Part shown: one piece after another, positions 37,646 through 53,745 of the stretch
Position numbering within the stretch: position 1 is the first letter of the stretch
Layout: every line of letters starts with the position of its first letter
NCBI RefSeq assembly: GCF_963921235.1
Contig: NC_086097.1
Location: 50,842,001 to 50,906,000, forward strand
Length of the DNA stretch: 64,000 nt
Direction of reading: 5' to 3'
Origin: Mobula hypostoma
Taxonomy: Eukaryota
Position numbers and translations under genes: made by a program
The notes under the pieces: generated by a model
The model's database searches: none
What the model saw: the letters and a program-made list of their open reading frames with translations, nothing else
What the model was told of the DNA's origin: nothing

Positions 37646-39339
37646 AACCATTTTGCTGGGAGGTCAACTGCTCTTGCCCAAATCGAGAAAGTGCAGGCAT
37701 AGTTGGCAAAGCAGTCATGTACTCTGAATTATGCACTGAATATTACTAGTCCTTAACCAGGTAAATTCATGCAGTCCCATCTCCTATGCTGTCAAAAACA
37801 TACCACTTAATACTTTTAGCAAGAAGAGCTATCTGGAGCCATGTGGGTAACATCACTGCCTCCAGTGAATGTACCAAATTGCATTAGTGGCACACTGGTC
37901 AGCAAATGCTAACCACACCCGCAAGGTTACAGTGAACCCACCAGCCCCGAGTAACGAATTACCAAATGTGCTACAGGAGGTTAACTTGGCTGCACATCTC
38001 CACAGTCAAATATCTAACTGTACTGAATAAAAAGCAATGGCGGAGATGCTCAGCACATCAGAAAGAAACAGAGTTGGCATTTTGGATTGATGAGTTTTTA
38101 TTAACTGTTTCTCTGTTTCTATATGTTGCAGAGATGTTTAATGCTTTCAGCAGCTTTCATTTTTAATTCAGATTTCCAGCATCTACAGGCTATGCAGTCA
38201 CATTGATCCCAAACGTATCCACCTGTCAACCATAAAATATTGTTAATACTGGCCACTTAAAGCCTAATAAACAGAACTGTAAGACTGAGCTAAATGGGCA
38301 GTAGGTACCAGCAGCTCCCCACAAGTGTCCTCACGCTTTGCACTCATATCCGGCTCGTTGGTGATGTTTCTGCTATTCAGCTTTAGCAAGTTCTCTTTAC
38401 CCATCAGTAACCTAATCATGTAAGCCACTAATCCCTGGATATATGAGCACGTTCTCATATGAACTTACAGGTAATGTTTCTCTGCAGTTTTTAACCAGTT
38501 TCCTCATCAGATACGACTACCCTCCACATGACGTAAAATTTCCAAGTACACTGTTACACACCAGGTGTACTGATCGGCTACGTAATCCAGACGAAGTAAG
38601 AGCTTTCACAAGAAGGAATTCATAGCACAAAGCTGATTTCCTAGTTTATGTGGCAAAGCCTTATCTCCAGGACCCAGATCAAAGAGATTGTCTAACCTAC
38701 ATTTGAGTGTAGTCCTGGGGGACTAAAGGTGACTATCACAATACAGTTTTGCAGGTACAAAATTTCGCCTTTACAGAATTCACAAATTCCTTTTTCTTGA
38801 CACATGAACAGATGAGGCATCTTCTTGGTATGGACAACATTTGCAACACAACACCCCCTCCACACAGCTGTTCCTCTTAATGGGGGGGGGGGAATCACTT
38901 GCTATTTTTCAGATTAAACATGACTCAGTCAGTTGAATGCAAAATTTCCCTTGATACTATTGGACAAGAGTAGAGGAATTCCCTTGATATACCAGACAAG
39001 ATATATTCCTCAATCATCTGTGAGAAAGGCCTGCAATTCAAGTCACTGCTAGTTGTGTGAACTTGGACATTCCCATGTAGGTACATCACAAAAATATTTG
39101 TCAATAGTTTCAATATATGAAAAGTGTAATATTCATTCTTGCAAATGTTCAAGAAAAATCTATAACTGAGACCAATCAATTTAACTGTTGGACATTGAAG
39201 GAATGACAATTTACAAGTGTAATAATTAATTTGCTGTAGACCCCAATTAAAATGTTCATTCCGGCAACACCTATTGGGAATGCATTATCAAAGAAGGCTG
39301 TGATTAATGGATTAAACCTGAACAAAAGTAGAATGTTGG

Positions 39340-40660
<1,321 letters not shown>

Positions 40661-43600
40661 TATCATTGTAGCAGGTAGTCACCGAGGAGATTTCACAGTT
40701 CATTAATGTAAATAGGAGTATTTGTAAAGTTGAAAAATTTCTGATACGTGGGGAAAAGAATCAAGTGTAGTATAGAACACTTGTCATCTATAATATTTAT
40801 ATAAGATTGTTGAACAGAAACTCGAGCAAAGCAGTATATTCTAAGAAGCATTTTAACAGAGGAAGGTAATGGAAAGAGACATTTAGGGAAGGACTGTCAG
40901 AGTTCGGGGCCAAAGCAAAGATATAGCAGTTTATATTGGGATGCTCAACCGCAGTATTGGAAGATAGATCAATGGACTATAGATCAGGGTCGGATACGGT
41001 TATGGATATTCAGAGATGCAAAACAACAGAGAATAATTAGATATTAACTAAGACCGAATGTAGATTAGTAAGAAAAGAAATACTAGGTCAACGTAGCACG
41101 CCAGGAGTGAAAGACTGAAAAATTTGAAGTAAGGTTAAATGGAAGGTACAAGGATGCTGGAAAAGCATCGGATAGACAAATTTCAGGCGAACATAGGCAT
41201 GGATTAGTGTCCTGCCAGCAGAAAAAAAAGTGAGTTAGTTTGGAATACTGAGATTTACCACTAAATATTGGCAAGAAGGCTAACATTTACTACCCATCTT
41301 TGTAACAGACTGCATTACTTCTGGTGAAAGTATTCACACTGTTATTGGGTTGGAAATTCTGATTGATTGAAGCGTTGTCAATCACACATTTTTTTCCAGA
41401 TAATGTTGCACATTCATGCAAGTGGAATGTTAATTCCATCATTCCATCAAAGTACATTACTTGTACTTTGGACAGGCTTGTCTGTCCAATGCGTCATTTG
41501 CCACAGGATTAACAGTCTCTGACCAGCTCGTGAAGTTTCAGTATTTCTGTGGTTGGTCCAGTTGAGGTTCTGGTTCTTATCAATCTCCAAGAAAGTGCCC
41601 CTTCCATGCCCTTCTGGTAAATTTTCATTCATTTTATATTTACTATGCCTTCAGACATGCACATTACTGTTTTTCACTCTTTACCACCCTCTTTCAGAAA
41701 TATCCACCATTATTTGCATATTAAATCTCGTGCTCTCAACCTTGTCACAAAATTTTCTTTGTGCTTGAATCTCACTATCTCTGCAATTTAAAACCCTTCA
41801 TTTTCTCCAACTTTTCCCACCTTTGATAAAAGTTCAAAGAAGCATCTATTTATTTCTCTACAAGTGCTGCCAGATCTAACTTGATCTTGATTCTTACGTT
41901 TTGTTTTACTTCAGATTTTCAGAACCTACAGCACTTTAATTTTGGATTTTTCCTGCTTTTGATACCATTAGTAACTGCAGTGTAACAGCTTGCTTAAGGG
42001 CGACTTACTCTGAAGGGCAAATGGAAATTTAAAAAAAACAGCCCATATTTTCATTTTAGTAGAAGAATAACACTAAGGAATAGGGAACTTTCGATATGTT
42101 TTGAAGTGAATTTCTTTTAAAACATTCAGCTGAAGAACACAGCAGAGCCAATTTAAACTCATTGCATCTTTCAGTGCAGCATTCCTGTAATATTGTAGTG
42201 AAAATCATCCTTAGCAAGATTAGTTTTGGGGAATAGAAATGGCTCAGATTGAGATAGAATGCAAATATGCTGGTTACACTGAAAGACCAAGTTCTTGAGG
42301 CATACACAAAATGCTGCAGGAATTCAGCATGCCAAGCAGCATCTATGCAAAAAAAGTAGTGTCACCATTTTGGGCTGTAGCTGTTGCATTTACACAAAGT
42401 AGTACCAAAGATGGTTGTAGATAGCTAAAGTTGCTATCAGAAATGTCTATACAACCTGATCTGATCTTTGTGGATAATGTAGTTATTTGATATATACAAA
42501 TATATCTAAATCATGGAATGGTCCCTGATGTACACCAGGACTGTTCAGTCTGGTAGGAACAAAGACATTGAGAGATCTGCTAGTTAGTTTGGAAAGAGAG
42601 AAAAGAATCATGTGCCGTCTGTATTATAATTTATTTATGTAGGAGATTGGTGACCATTTAGGATGACCTTGATGTTCTGGTGAAACTGAAGCAACTCAAG
42701 GGCTTTTAATTGTGTGGGGAGAATGGAGGTGGAAAAGTAGAGTGACAACAGAAAGGAGCAATTGATAATTGCAGCTTTCAAAGATGGAGAGATAGCTGGC
42801 TGATTAAAAACTAGGTCAGGATACTCCTGGTGTCATGAAAATTAGGCTGATGTAGAGTTGGTGATTGCCAGGCTGATCATGTAGCAGCTTCAGGGCAGTC
42901 ATAACAGGCAATGTAAACCAATGCTGGGAGCAACCAATAGTATAACTTTATTCAACTCAGATGCACATTTTAAAATCTATTTTTGACATCAGAAGGAATA
43001 TAGGGGTAAAATGCAAGGTATCCAACAGCAAATGATAGAATGGATGGTCAAAAGCTTAGCATTAGCTTTTTACTGTGAACATTTGCAAATCAGAATAAGA
43101 TGCTGGGCAGCTTTCATCTTTCGTGACCCTTCCAAACCTCTATTCTAAGGGTGTAATTTGCCATTATCCCAATAATAGTGAAAGTTCACTGTGTGCAATT
43201 TGGTGCTAATGCATCCTTCATTACAACAATATGTGTTTCAAAAAGACCTTCATTGGGTCACACCAAAGTGTTTTACAGCCAAAGGCATAAAAGGCACTAA
43301 ATATACGCAAATCCTTTTTCAATTTCAACAACAGCTTTTGATCTTGCATTAATATTTTATCATAGTAAATTACAATATAATGAGGTCATGCTCTTGAAAC
43401 CAGTTGAACAATTATAGTCCAGTCCAAGGCAGTAACCATTACAAACAGGAATCATGCAAGTTGCATTGTATCATACAGAGCTGCACATATACAGTATCTC
43501 AAGCAACATCTTTAAACTCTTAAGGCAGCCTTTTTAAGGAGAGCAGGAACTGGGAAAATCATTTGCTAATCCTTATTTGTTTAAAAAACTCTACTTGTAC

Positions 43601-43830
43601 TTTCCTGATGGTTAAGTATCCTGACCTGATTTCCTTAAATCAGCATATTTTAGTTAATGTATATACAAACATTATGAAGCGTGTATGATATTCAAAAGAT
43701 TCAAATGCATTGACATTCACAGCATTTCTAAAACAAAAGACATCCTCATCTAATTTAAATTCAACATGTAACATCACAAAAAATTATCTTGGCGGGAAAA
43801 AGCAGTTCAATATTTTTCATTTTATAGTAC

Positions 43831-43836
43831 TTTATT
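43831..43836 (-). terminator. Possible distal MAP4K5 polyadenylation signal
   Basis: AATAAA on the minus strand ~2.05 kb after the stop, near the end of a repeat-free AT-rich region. Confidence 0.35.
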
Positions 43837-44613
43837 GATGGCACAAATCTTAGCTTAAATTAATCCAAATATAAAATTGACAGTTTTTAAAATTTACACT
43901 GAGGTGATATAGGGATAATGATTAGCTGGAGAAAACAAAGGTGCATATCTGTGAATGTTGTTCTTCCATTTTGCAGTTTTTGTTTTTAATGGAGTAAATC
44001 TGTAGAACACTCAACTTGATTTCTTCCAAGCAATTAGCATTAGTAGGAAAACAGTAAATTATTTATCTTTAAAATCTGAAAAAATATCTTCCCGATAAAT
44101 GCATCGTAAAGCTTATAAGATCCTTAAAATAAATATTTTAATTGATAGAAATATTTTAGAAATGAGCCCCAAAATGCTGCTCAAAATAATTATCCTCAGA
44201 ATCTATCTGAATATTATCACCAAAGAAACTTATTACCATTCAAAACACTTAATGTGATGTCATCCTTTAAACGATCATTTTAAGGAATAATATACAATGT
44301 GGCAGATTGGTAACAATACTAGCTCATACAGCATGTGACAATACTAAAAATACAAGCAAAATATTTTTGTAATTCAGTTTGTAAACTTAATTATTCAAAC
44401 CACAAAAGTTATAATATTTTGGTGAAACATCATGGTGTATAACAGCTAGATCAGCAATAGGGAAAAAGTAGAAAAACCAGTAATGAAATTCACACAAGCT
44501 TTTTTCTACACAAAGTTATGTTATGTACTGCTTGTGATATTAAAATAGAACAGCTTTCTAGTGCTAGTTCACTTGAAGCAAATATGAAACAAATTTAGAA
44601 GAGCATTGAATAC

Positions 44614-44619
44614 TTTATT
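44614..44619 (-). terminator. Probable MAP4K5 polyadenylation signal
   Basis: Minus strand TGTAC-AATAAA (UGUA immediately upstream) with T/GT-rich sequence downstream, ~1.26 kb after the stop. Confidence 0.55.
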
Positions 44620-45880
44620 GTACATTATTTACAGATGCTTATTACAAAGTATCAATTCAAATTATTTGGCTATAGTGTTACTGAATTTTAAACAATTTGG
44701 TAAGGATACTTAAGAATGAAAATACGAAAAATTCACTGAAATGATTCCAAGATGGAAGTCAAGAAAAAGGAGGATAATATTCAGAAGATGAGGTAGAGTT
44801 GAAATGATAACCAAAGATGTTCTCATGTTGGATATTAAACCATATTCCAATTCCAAAGTAAGTAATGAAACGTGATGGTTCCCACACATTTAGGATTAAA
44901 ACAGCCAGGAGCATTTTAACTAGATTTTTCAAACACGTGTATTTGTCATTAATTTTCACCTGTTTCATCAATACACTATTAATGCATGCGTAAAAAAGCA
45001 ACTGAAATATACATACGAAGAGATTAAAATGCATGAAAAACACTACTGTGGCATCTATACAGCTAAGCCTTCCAATTTAAAAGTTGTACAAAAAAGTGCT
45101 TATATAGTGCCTTTGTACAATGTATAAGAATTCAAGTCTAAATTAAATACTACAATGTGCTTATGCATACAAACAACTTAGAAAGAACACTTTCTCCCTT
45201 ATAACCCCAAACAATGCAATTCAAACATGACAAAAAATTATCATTAGCTATTTCCCCCATGAATATAATTTTTTAATACCACTGAGATTAATAAATAAAG
45301 CATTTAAATATTCAGTTTAACGTTATACTATGGCAGAAATTTTAAAGCTGTACAATCCCGCAGCTGATGCCTTAAAAAAATTCCTATAAAATAGTTACAC
45401 TATTCTGTAAGTAGATTTAGATCACACAGACAAAAAGCAGAATAAAGTATCAAACTTTGATGCAAGGCATTTACAAAATAAAAAAAGCAAGACCTTTGGG
45501 AAAAGTATTAGAAAATGTGGCACTTGACAAATATTTCTGTCTACTTTCACTTTGTAAAATTAGAAATTATATATTTGTTATGGTTTACAAAGTTGCAGCT
45601 CGTCAGGGATTTTATGAAGCACATTAGATATGACAGACAAACCACACAGTGGCTGAATATTTTAATAAGCCACATCTAGCCACCAAATTTACTCGCTTTC
45701 TTAGGAAATCTATCTCATGATAGAATTGAATACAAGTCAAAAGTCCAATTTGTCAAGGCCAGGGCCAACTTCTACTCCCATTTTATAATTCTCTCAGCAG
45801 TGAATCTTCATTGTTTGAAGCTGTTTTCTGTTTGCTCCAATTCAAGCAGCAGTCCCTGTGATTAAGTTTCTTGATGTTGC

Positions 45881-45968
45881 TTAGTAACTGTTTTCATGGC
45901 CAGCTAGGATATAGAGATTGCTGTAAGCCATAGGATTATCTGTTGGTCGACTTTCTAGAACTACAACT
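45881..45968 (-). CDS. MAP4K5: MAP4K5 last coding exon
   Basis: (R)[31 protein letters not shown]. tttcag acceptor. Confidence 0.95.
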
Positions 45969-47086
45969 CTGAAATGAACAAAACAAAATTCCACAATTAT
46001 TGCTTTATGCTGCTATAAAAAGTAATGATATTTCTAAAACATGATGGCTACAATCAATATTGTTGAAGTTCAGTTTTCCAATCACCCTCTACAGTTGTAA
46101 AATAATTAACCTGTTATTTCTTTCAAATGTGGAAAAAGATGCACATCTTGAAAAAGGTAAATCCATATTTTCCACCTGTCTATAGGTTATATATAAGATA
46201 ATTGGCATATATTGAATTAGTACTGCGTGAACCTAACCTTAACAAGAGATAAAGCAAGTCTGAACTTTCAGATTTTCTCTTTGGAAATTTCTGCATTATT
46301 TACTACTCAAAGGGTTCTCAATTCTATATGTAACAAAATAATAAGCATGTACTACAGCCTGATGTAACCCGTTTTCTGAAGCAACTCAGAACACTTGACA
46401 CCACTATCAAATTTAGCCACTAAATGTCATGATAGTGTATTAAACACAGGAGCCAACATTCCTGAAAAAAAAATTGTGTTCTACCTTTCTTGCTCAAGTA
46501 TGTATAATCATCATTCAGATGAATGTACTTATGTATCCCACAACTTCAAATCCTGGGAATGCCAGCAACTTCACACAAGATCCACCAACAAAGTGCAATC
46601 AGAAAATCTCTGGTGGAACTCACTGAACAAGTTTGGGGTTTCCTTACCCTGCAGGACTCCTGAAAAAAAAATCACTGGAACTTGTGCTGAAAAAATACCA
46701 CCAGTTCCATGGACAGCTGCTTGGAAAATTTGAGACTCTGTGGACCTACAGGTGAATTTTGAATCAACTGAACTCCTTACAAGTACACCAGAATGTGATT
46801 ACAAATCTTAAGAGGTTACGATTAAAATAAATTGAGATGTATCCAAGTATAAAATAAAATGTAGATTTAGAATGAGAAAAGATGTCTGTAGTAATTGATG
46901 TTCTGGGCCATGAGAGCCAAGAGAGATTAAATACAGAAAAGGAAATGTTTCACAGGTTGTTTTCTTTCTGAGCCTAGTATAAAGGTCTTGGACAGAAATC
47001 TTTTTTTTTTTTACATACTACCAGTAATATCAATAATGTCTATATGCAATATTTCAAAGACCAATATGTACAAAAAAAAATCTTAC

Positions 47087-47142
47087 CTATCAGATCCTAA
47101 CAGATGAAAAACTCTGCTTTTGTCAGATATCTCCTGGGTGAC
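47087..47142 (-). CDS. MAP4K5: MAP4K5 exon (CNH domain)
   Basis: VTQEISDKSRVFHLLGSD(R). AG/GT borders, 56 bp, phases consistent. Confidence 0.95.
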
Positions 47143-47291
47143 CTGAATTGAAAATTTGGAGGTAAGTAACATTTCTAAATTTCAAGTTAAATTTTACATT
47201 AAATTGGTTATACATAGACTGCAAAGATGCTTACAGGAGCATTAAAGATAAGACTGATGTTATATCACTTGAGTTTTGTAGGAGCAAGTCC

Positions 47292-47445
47292 TTAAGATCA
47301 TAAGACATAGGAGCAGAATTAGGCCATTTGGCCCATCAAGTCTGCTCCGCCATTTAATCATGGCTGATGCTTTTTTTACCTCCTCCTCAATCCAATTTCC
47401 CAGCCTTCTCCCCATAACTTTTGATGCCATGTCAAATCAAGAACC
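47292..47445 (-). mobile_element. CR1 3' end fragment
   Basis: cataagacataggagcagaattaggccatttggcccatc tail. Confidence 0.7.
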
Positions 47446-49036
47446 ATCTATTACTTACATTTGAAGCTTTTAAGCAAAAACCACACTTTTGTCACCAAAT
47501 CACACAATAAAGTTTAAAAGATATGGTATTTATTTATCTGCTGCAAATGTCATGCTCTAATCATGAGTGTACAAATGGTTAGAAATCAATTTGTTCCTCT
47601 ATCGCCAGGCATCAATTGTAAGTCATTAGTGATTTAGTATGTTGTGGGTATTTAAAAATAGTTTTCTTTCAGAACTCTGAAGTTTATTTTGGACAAATTC
47701 AGCCTACTTGTTGGGTTTTGTTCAACAATGCAAAATTCACATTATATTGAAAGAGGTGTTCAAAAGTGAACACTTTTGGAAATTAGGGCAAGAAATTTAC
47801 CAAAACATATGGGGGATATACCATACACAAAGGCTTGAAAGCCACTGGAATAGATCAAGTGTGGCTGTAACCATCTTTGACATTATTACGTGTTTATATA
47901 CCTGTTACTCTAAAGTGTAAAATCTGGCCATTAAAAATTTAAAATCATATATGCCACAGGCCAATGATTATTAATGTAAAATAATTACAAACATGATAAA
48001 ATCTACCTCCCCTTAAATTTTCAATTCCCTATTCAAAAGCAGTCACATTACATTCCATTTACTGAAAAAACAATCAAAATATCAGTGTTCTGAATCTGAT
48101 GCCAATATTCAGTCTGTTTATTGTTACTAAGGAGCTTGTTGATTGTTTACATTTCAACACCTTCCTTAAATGTTCTGCTGACATTACTTAGTGCCAACTA
48201 ATCCCATTTGTACAAAAGGTTTTGTTATCCATATATGAATCTGTTTCCAAATTTCAAAATGTCATTCTTTGGGTTTGTGTAATGTGTACAGCAAATAACT
48301 AATTGAATGATTCTGAGAAAATGTTACTTTATTAATTAAACCAATAGTTAATCAAATAAGAATGATAAACATCTGCACATACATTTTAGATAAGGGCAGT
48401 ATAAAGCAGAGTTATGATCTATCTCCACATTAGAAGGTGATCCTGTGTCTAAGGGAAAAAGTAATTATTTATTATATAGGTGGCCTTATTCCGGCCGATC
48501 TTATGGCAGTATTAATGCTAGTTTTTCCAGTTCTCAAATGTGGGGTAACAACCATTGTTCCAGTTTATGTGCTCAAAAAGTTAAGTGTTTATGAAAAAAG
48601 TCAAATGCTTGTAGTTTTTAGATAATACTATTTTTACAACTTTTAAAATTGTGTTTTAGACATTTCAAATTTAAGATTTAAATGAATCTTACACCTTTTA
48701 CAAGGTGTAAGAGTGGGTAAAGTTTAGGTATCTGTCATAGTTATGGAAATTTCAGGTGTAGGACTCATTCAAAGCAGATTATGCTGTTGGAATTCAGGAC
48801 AATTCATGTCAGGACGATACATCACCCTTGAAAAGAAATTTTGGGCAGCGCGCTCAGGCTAGTAAGATCTGGTATGCATTAGTTCACAACAAAATATCCA
48901 CATTTATGAGTGAATCTTATGTTTGTACATATTGATTAGGGAAAACAAGTTCAGACTGGACATCAGTTGAAACAGAGTAGGTTAGGAATAATTATAATTC
49001 ACATGCCAGCAGTGCATTTAATGAGAGAGGACTTAC

Positions 49037-49107
49037 TTCGTTTGACTTAAAGCTTTTGCCCTGCATACCATGCTTCCAGAAGGCCAGTATACTGTCCTGA
49101 AGACACA
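49037..49107 (-). CDS. MAP4K5: MAP4K5 exon (CNH domain)
   Basis: (V)[27 protein letters not shown] borders, 71 bp. Confidence 0.95.
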
Positions 49108-49153
49108 CTGAAATAGCACATATTAGCATGAAACTGTGTATTAGCATTTCATA

Positions 49154-50433
49154 AACACAAGAGTTTCTGCAGCTGATGAAAATTCAGTACAAAACACAGA
49201 AAATGCTGGAATCGACATTTTGGGCTGAGATCCTTCATCAGGATTGGAAAGGAAGGGGGAAGAAGTCAGAATATGGTACGGGGGTGGGGGGGAGGGAGGG
49301 GAAGGAGTACATGCTATTAGATGACAGGAGAAGTCAGGTGGGTGGAGGAGGGGGAGGGCGATGAAGTGAGAAGCTGGGAGGTGATAGGCGGAAAAGATAA
49401 AGGCCTGAAAAAGGAATCTGATAGGAGAGAGGACTATGGAAGAGAAGGAAGGAGGAGAGGCAACAGGGGGAGGTGATAGGCAGGTGAAGAGAGGGGGGGC
49501 TAGAATGGGAAATGGAAAGGGAAGGGGAAAGTGGGGAAAAATTGCTGGAAGTTAGAGAAATTGATGTTCATGCCATCACGTTGAAGGCTACCCAGATGGG
49601 ATGTAAGAAGTTACTCTTCCAACTTGAGAGTAACTCATTATTGCAGTCGAGGAGGCCATGGACTGACATGTCAGAGTATGGATTAGAATTAATATTATTG
49701 ACTACCGGGAAATCCTACTTGTTGCAGATGAAGCAAAGGTGCTTGACCAGTCTATGTCTGGCTTCACCGATGTAGAGGAGCCACACTGGGATCACCAGAT
49801 ACAGTAAATGACCCCAAAAGATATGCAGTTGAAGTTTTGCTTCACCTGAAAGGACTGTCTGAGGCCCTGAATGGAGATGAGAGAGGATGTGAATGGGCAG
49901 ATGTAGTACTTCTTCCATTTGCATGGTTAAGTGTCAGGAGGTTGATCAGTGGGGAGAGATAAATGGGCAAGGAAGTCACAGAGACTGAAAGCAGAGTTGA
50001 AGGGAGGTAAAGATGTGTTTGGTGGTAGGATCCCACTGAAGATGGCAGAAGTGGCAGAGGATGATGTGCTGGATGCAGGGCTCATGGAGTGGTAGGTAAG
50101 AATTAATTTCAATTCTTGTTAAAATGGCATGAAGATGGGGTGAGGGAGGATATCTTGGGAAATGGAGGAGATGAGGGAAAGGACAGTATCAACAGTGGAG
50201 GAGTGAAATCCTGTTCTTTGGAGGAGGACATTTCTGATATTCTGGAAAGGGAAGTCTCATTTTAGGAACAGATGCGAAATGAAGGAACTGAGAAAAGTGA
50301 ATGTCATTTTTACAGGTGACAGGGCAGGAAAAGGTACAGTCAAGATACCTGAGAGTCAGTACGTTTATAAAAGTAGGTAAATTCTGTTTATTCTTGCTTG
50401 TCCTGCTGAGTTCTTCCAGCATTTTGTGTGTGC
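49154..50433 (-). mobile_element. Older Penelope-like element with short inverted arm and dead hammerhead
   Basis: Diverged homolog of 36252-37105. Hammerhead at ~49211-49245 has GAAA->AAAA. Inverted arm ~50395-50432. Decayed TSD tagcatttcata / tagcacttaata. Confidence 0.8.
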
Positions 50434-51250
50434 TAGCACTTAATATTTGGATTTGTTAATATTTAGGTTAAAAGTCTTTGGAGAGTTTTTTTTTCTTATA
50501 TAATCCTTAACAGGTATATTTAAAATCTAGAGTAATTTCACAATAACAGAAACAATTGTGTTTTCTTTTATAATTGATAACCTAATTACATTTATATTAT
50601 TTGAATATCTAACTTTCAAATCAGAACATTTTGAATTGTTGAATTTTATATCATTTGCCCAACATTTAGCTAAAGTTTTCCCACATACAGTAGTTCCACT
50701 TTTACAACACCCTCTTTCTCCACTGAAACAGCTACTTTTAAAAGACAAAATTATTTTGTCTTCACTGTTTTTGCAAAGGTACTTTGTGTCCCAACATCTT
50801 GAATGAAAGTAATTGTCCCCTCTATCCAATTCTGAATAGCGCTATGCTCGCCTTATTTTAACAAAAACAAATTATTTTGAAATGGCACCATTAATTTCAG
50901 AAAATATCCTATTACAGGTACCCCATAGGAGTGTTATCAAACAAAATTTGCACCTTAATCTTCAGTAAAACATTAAAATACTGGATTTGGCAAATCTAAT
51001 TGTTCATAAATAATGGAACTACAACCTAAATGACAATGAATGGTACTTCATTGAATTCTATCCATATTTATAAAACATAAGATCCTAGACGGTTTTTGTT
51101 TTTATCCAATTAAATACATCACTTTACACTTATTGGACAATTCCAGCTGGCCTCTACCTACCCAATTTACCAGTCTGATTTAGTGATGCATTCCAAAAGC
51201 TATTAAAAAAATTCTACATTTGTTTATCAAAAGTACAGCAGCTCACTTAC

Positions 51251-51343
51251 CTACTGATTCAATGCAGAAGTCAAAACTTAACTCTGATGCTAGTTTTTTG
51301 CTTGACTTCAATTTTCCATGCAGATTTACAATTTTAACATTTT
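51251..51343 (-). CDS. MAP4K5: MAP4K5 exon (CNH domain)
   Basis: (Q)NVKIVNLHGKLKSSKKLASELSFDFCIESV. AG/GT borders, 93 bp. Confidence 0.95.
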
Positions 51344-51829
51344 CTGAAAATAAAATGTTAGAAGTTCCACTTTAAACACAATTATTTGACTAGTAATGAA
51401 TAAAGCTGTTGTCTGACAAAGTAATCTCTACATGCAGAGGCAAACTGTCAGCATAGAGACACATCCTTAATCCTTCCTCTAGACTCTGATCCCAAGAATC
51501 ACATCATAGATATAACTATTTATCAATAATTGGTGCTATTTGTTACCCAGTAAGAGCCTCAAAACACTAACTTTGGGTGTCTGCATTCTATGTCCTCAGA
51601 AGCTTTTAGACAATCCATGCGAATTACCTTTTATCAGCAAAGGTGTTTCAACATTTAAAGGGCCATGAGTTACTATTTGTGAAACACAAAATACTGAAGT
51701 AAACAATGACATTGGAGCAAGTCTGTCATCAATACCCAATCTGAATTGTGGCATCCAATTTGCTGGCCTCCTTTTAGTGCAATAACCACTCTGGCGTTCC
51801 TTGCAACTCAAGACTATTTGTGCCCAATC

Positions 51830-53745
51830 CAAGGCAGTCTCCCAAAGACAGTTCTCTGCGATCCTGACCGCAGTTTACATATTGCCAAAAGCTGATGGTA
51901 ATCGGGCACCCGAGATATTGAATACTGTCATCACCAAACAAGAAAGAGTCCACGCCGATTCATTTGAAATCATAGTAGGGAACTTCAATCAGGCTTGTTT
52001 GAAGAAATTTCTGCCCAATTACCATCAGCATTACCATCATCTGCAGAACCAGGTTTTTAAAACAATAGAATACTGCTGTACTACAAGGAATGCCTACCGT
52101 TCCATGCCCAACTACACTTCAGGAAATCTGATTACTTGGCTAGCCTTCTCCTAGCTGGATATAGGCAGAGGCTAAAGAATAAGGCTCTAGAGATGAGGGC
52201 AACAAAAAGGCAACTAAGTAAGATACAAGAGGTCCAGATATAATCTCCAGAAAGCCACCTCATCAACAAAGTAACAATTCTGGACTAAATTGAATCACTA
52301 CAGGAAGCTCAACAGCTATGGCTAGGCTAGAATGCTATTACCCCTTACAAAATGAAAGCAAGCAACATAGGTGACAAGAAGGTTTTGCTTCCAGATCAGC
52401 TCAAAGCCTTCTCTGGTCACTTTGACTATCAAAACATGGAGGAAACTTCATGAACTGCCACAGCCCCCGATGACCCAGTGATTCCAGTCTCTGAGGCCTA
52501 TGTGAGACCATCCTTTAGGAGGGCGAACCCACAGAAATCATCTGGCATCTGGCCCAGTTGGGGTAATTGGCTGGGTACTAAACACCTGTGTTGATCAACT
52601 AGCTAGGGTGTTCACTGATATCTTTAACCTCTCATTTTAGAATCTGAGATACCACTTGCTTCAAGCAGGCTTCAATTCTACTGGTGCCTAAGAAGAACAT
52701 GGTGACCTGCCTCAATGACTATTGTCCAGTAGCACTTACATCCACTATGATGAAGTGCTTTAAGAGGATGGTGATGAAAGATATCAACTCCTGCCTATGA
52801 AACAACTTGGATCTGCTCCAATTGGTCTCCCACAGAAGATATCATTTCATTAGCTCCTCACTCAACACTGGAACATTTGGCCAGCAACGATGATACATCA
52901 AGATGTTATCAATTGTAGCTCAGCATACAATACTATCATCCCCTCAAAACTAATCAATAAGCTTCAAGACCTTAGCCTCAATACCTCCCTGTGCAATTGG
53001 ATCCTTAATTTCCTCACTCGCAGACCCCAATCATTCTGATTGGCAACAACGTCTTCTCCATAATCTCCAAAAGCACAAGTGCACCACAAGACTGTGTGCT
53101 TCACCACCTGTTCTATTCACTTTATACTTATGACTGAGGCTAGGCACAGTTCAATGCCATATTTAAGTTTGCTGATGACACCACTGTCATTGGCCAAATC
53201 CAAGGTGGTGACAAATCAGTATAAAGATGGAAGATTGAAAATCTGGCTCAGTGAAGCCAAAACAACAACTTCTCAATGTCATCAAGACCAAGGAGCTGAT
53301 TATTGACTTCAGAAGGTCCTCATTGGGGGTTCACACATAGAGGGTCAGTAACTTTAAATTCTTCGGTGTTATCGTTTCAGGGGATCTATCCTGGGTCCAA
53401 CACACAAGTGCAATTATAAAGAAAGCACAGCAGTGCCTCTCCTTCCTTAGAGGTGGGCAAAATTTCAGCATGACATCTAAAACATTGACTGATTTCAATA
53501 GATGTGTGGTGGAGAGTATATTAACTAGTTGCATCATGGCCTGGTATGCAAATACCAATGCCCCTGAACTGAAAATCCTACAAAAAAATACTGGATATGA
53601 CCAGTTCTTCACCGGTAAAGCCCTCCCACCATTGAGCATATCTACATGGAGCACTGTCACAGGAAAGTAGCATCCAATATCAAGGACCTCCACCACCCAA
53701 AGCCATGCTCTCTTCTCACTGCTGCCATCATGAAGGGACAGAAGC
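51830..53745 (+). mobile_element. Rex1/Babar-like LINE remnant (endonuclease and RT)
   Basis: ILTAVYILPKAD, IVGNFNQA and VVESILTSCIMAWYAN, with many stops. Homologous to 18385-19720. Confidence 0.85.
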
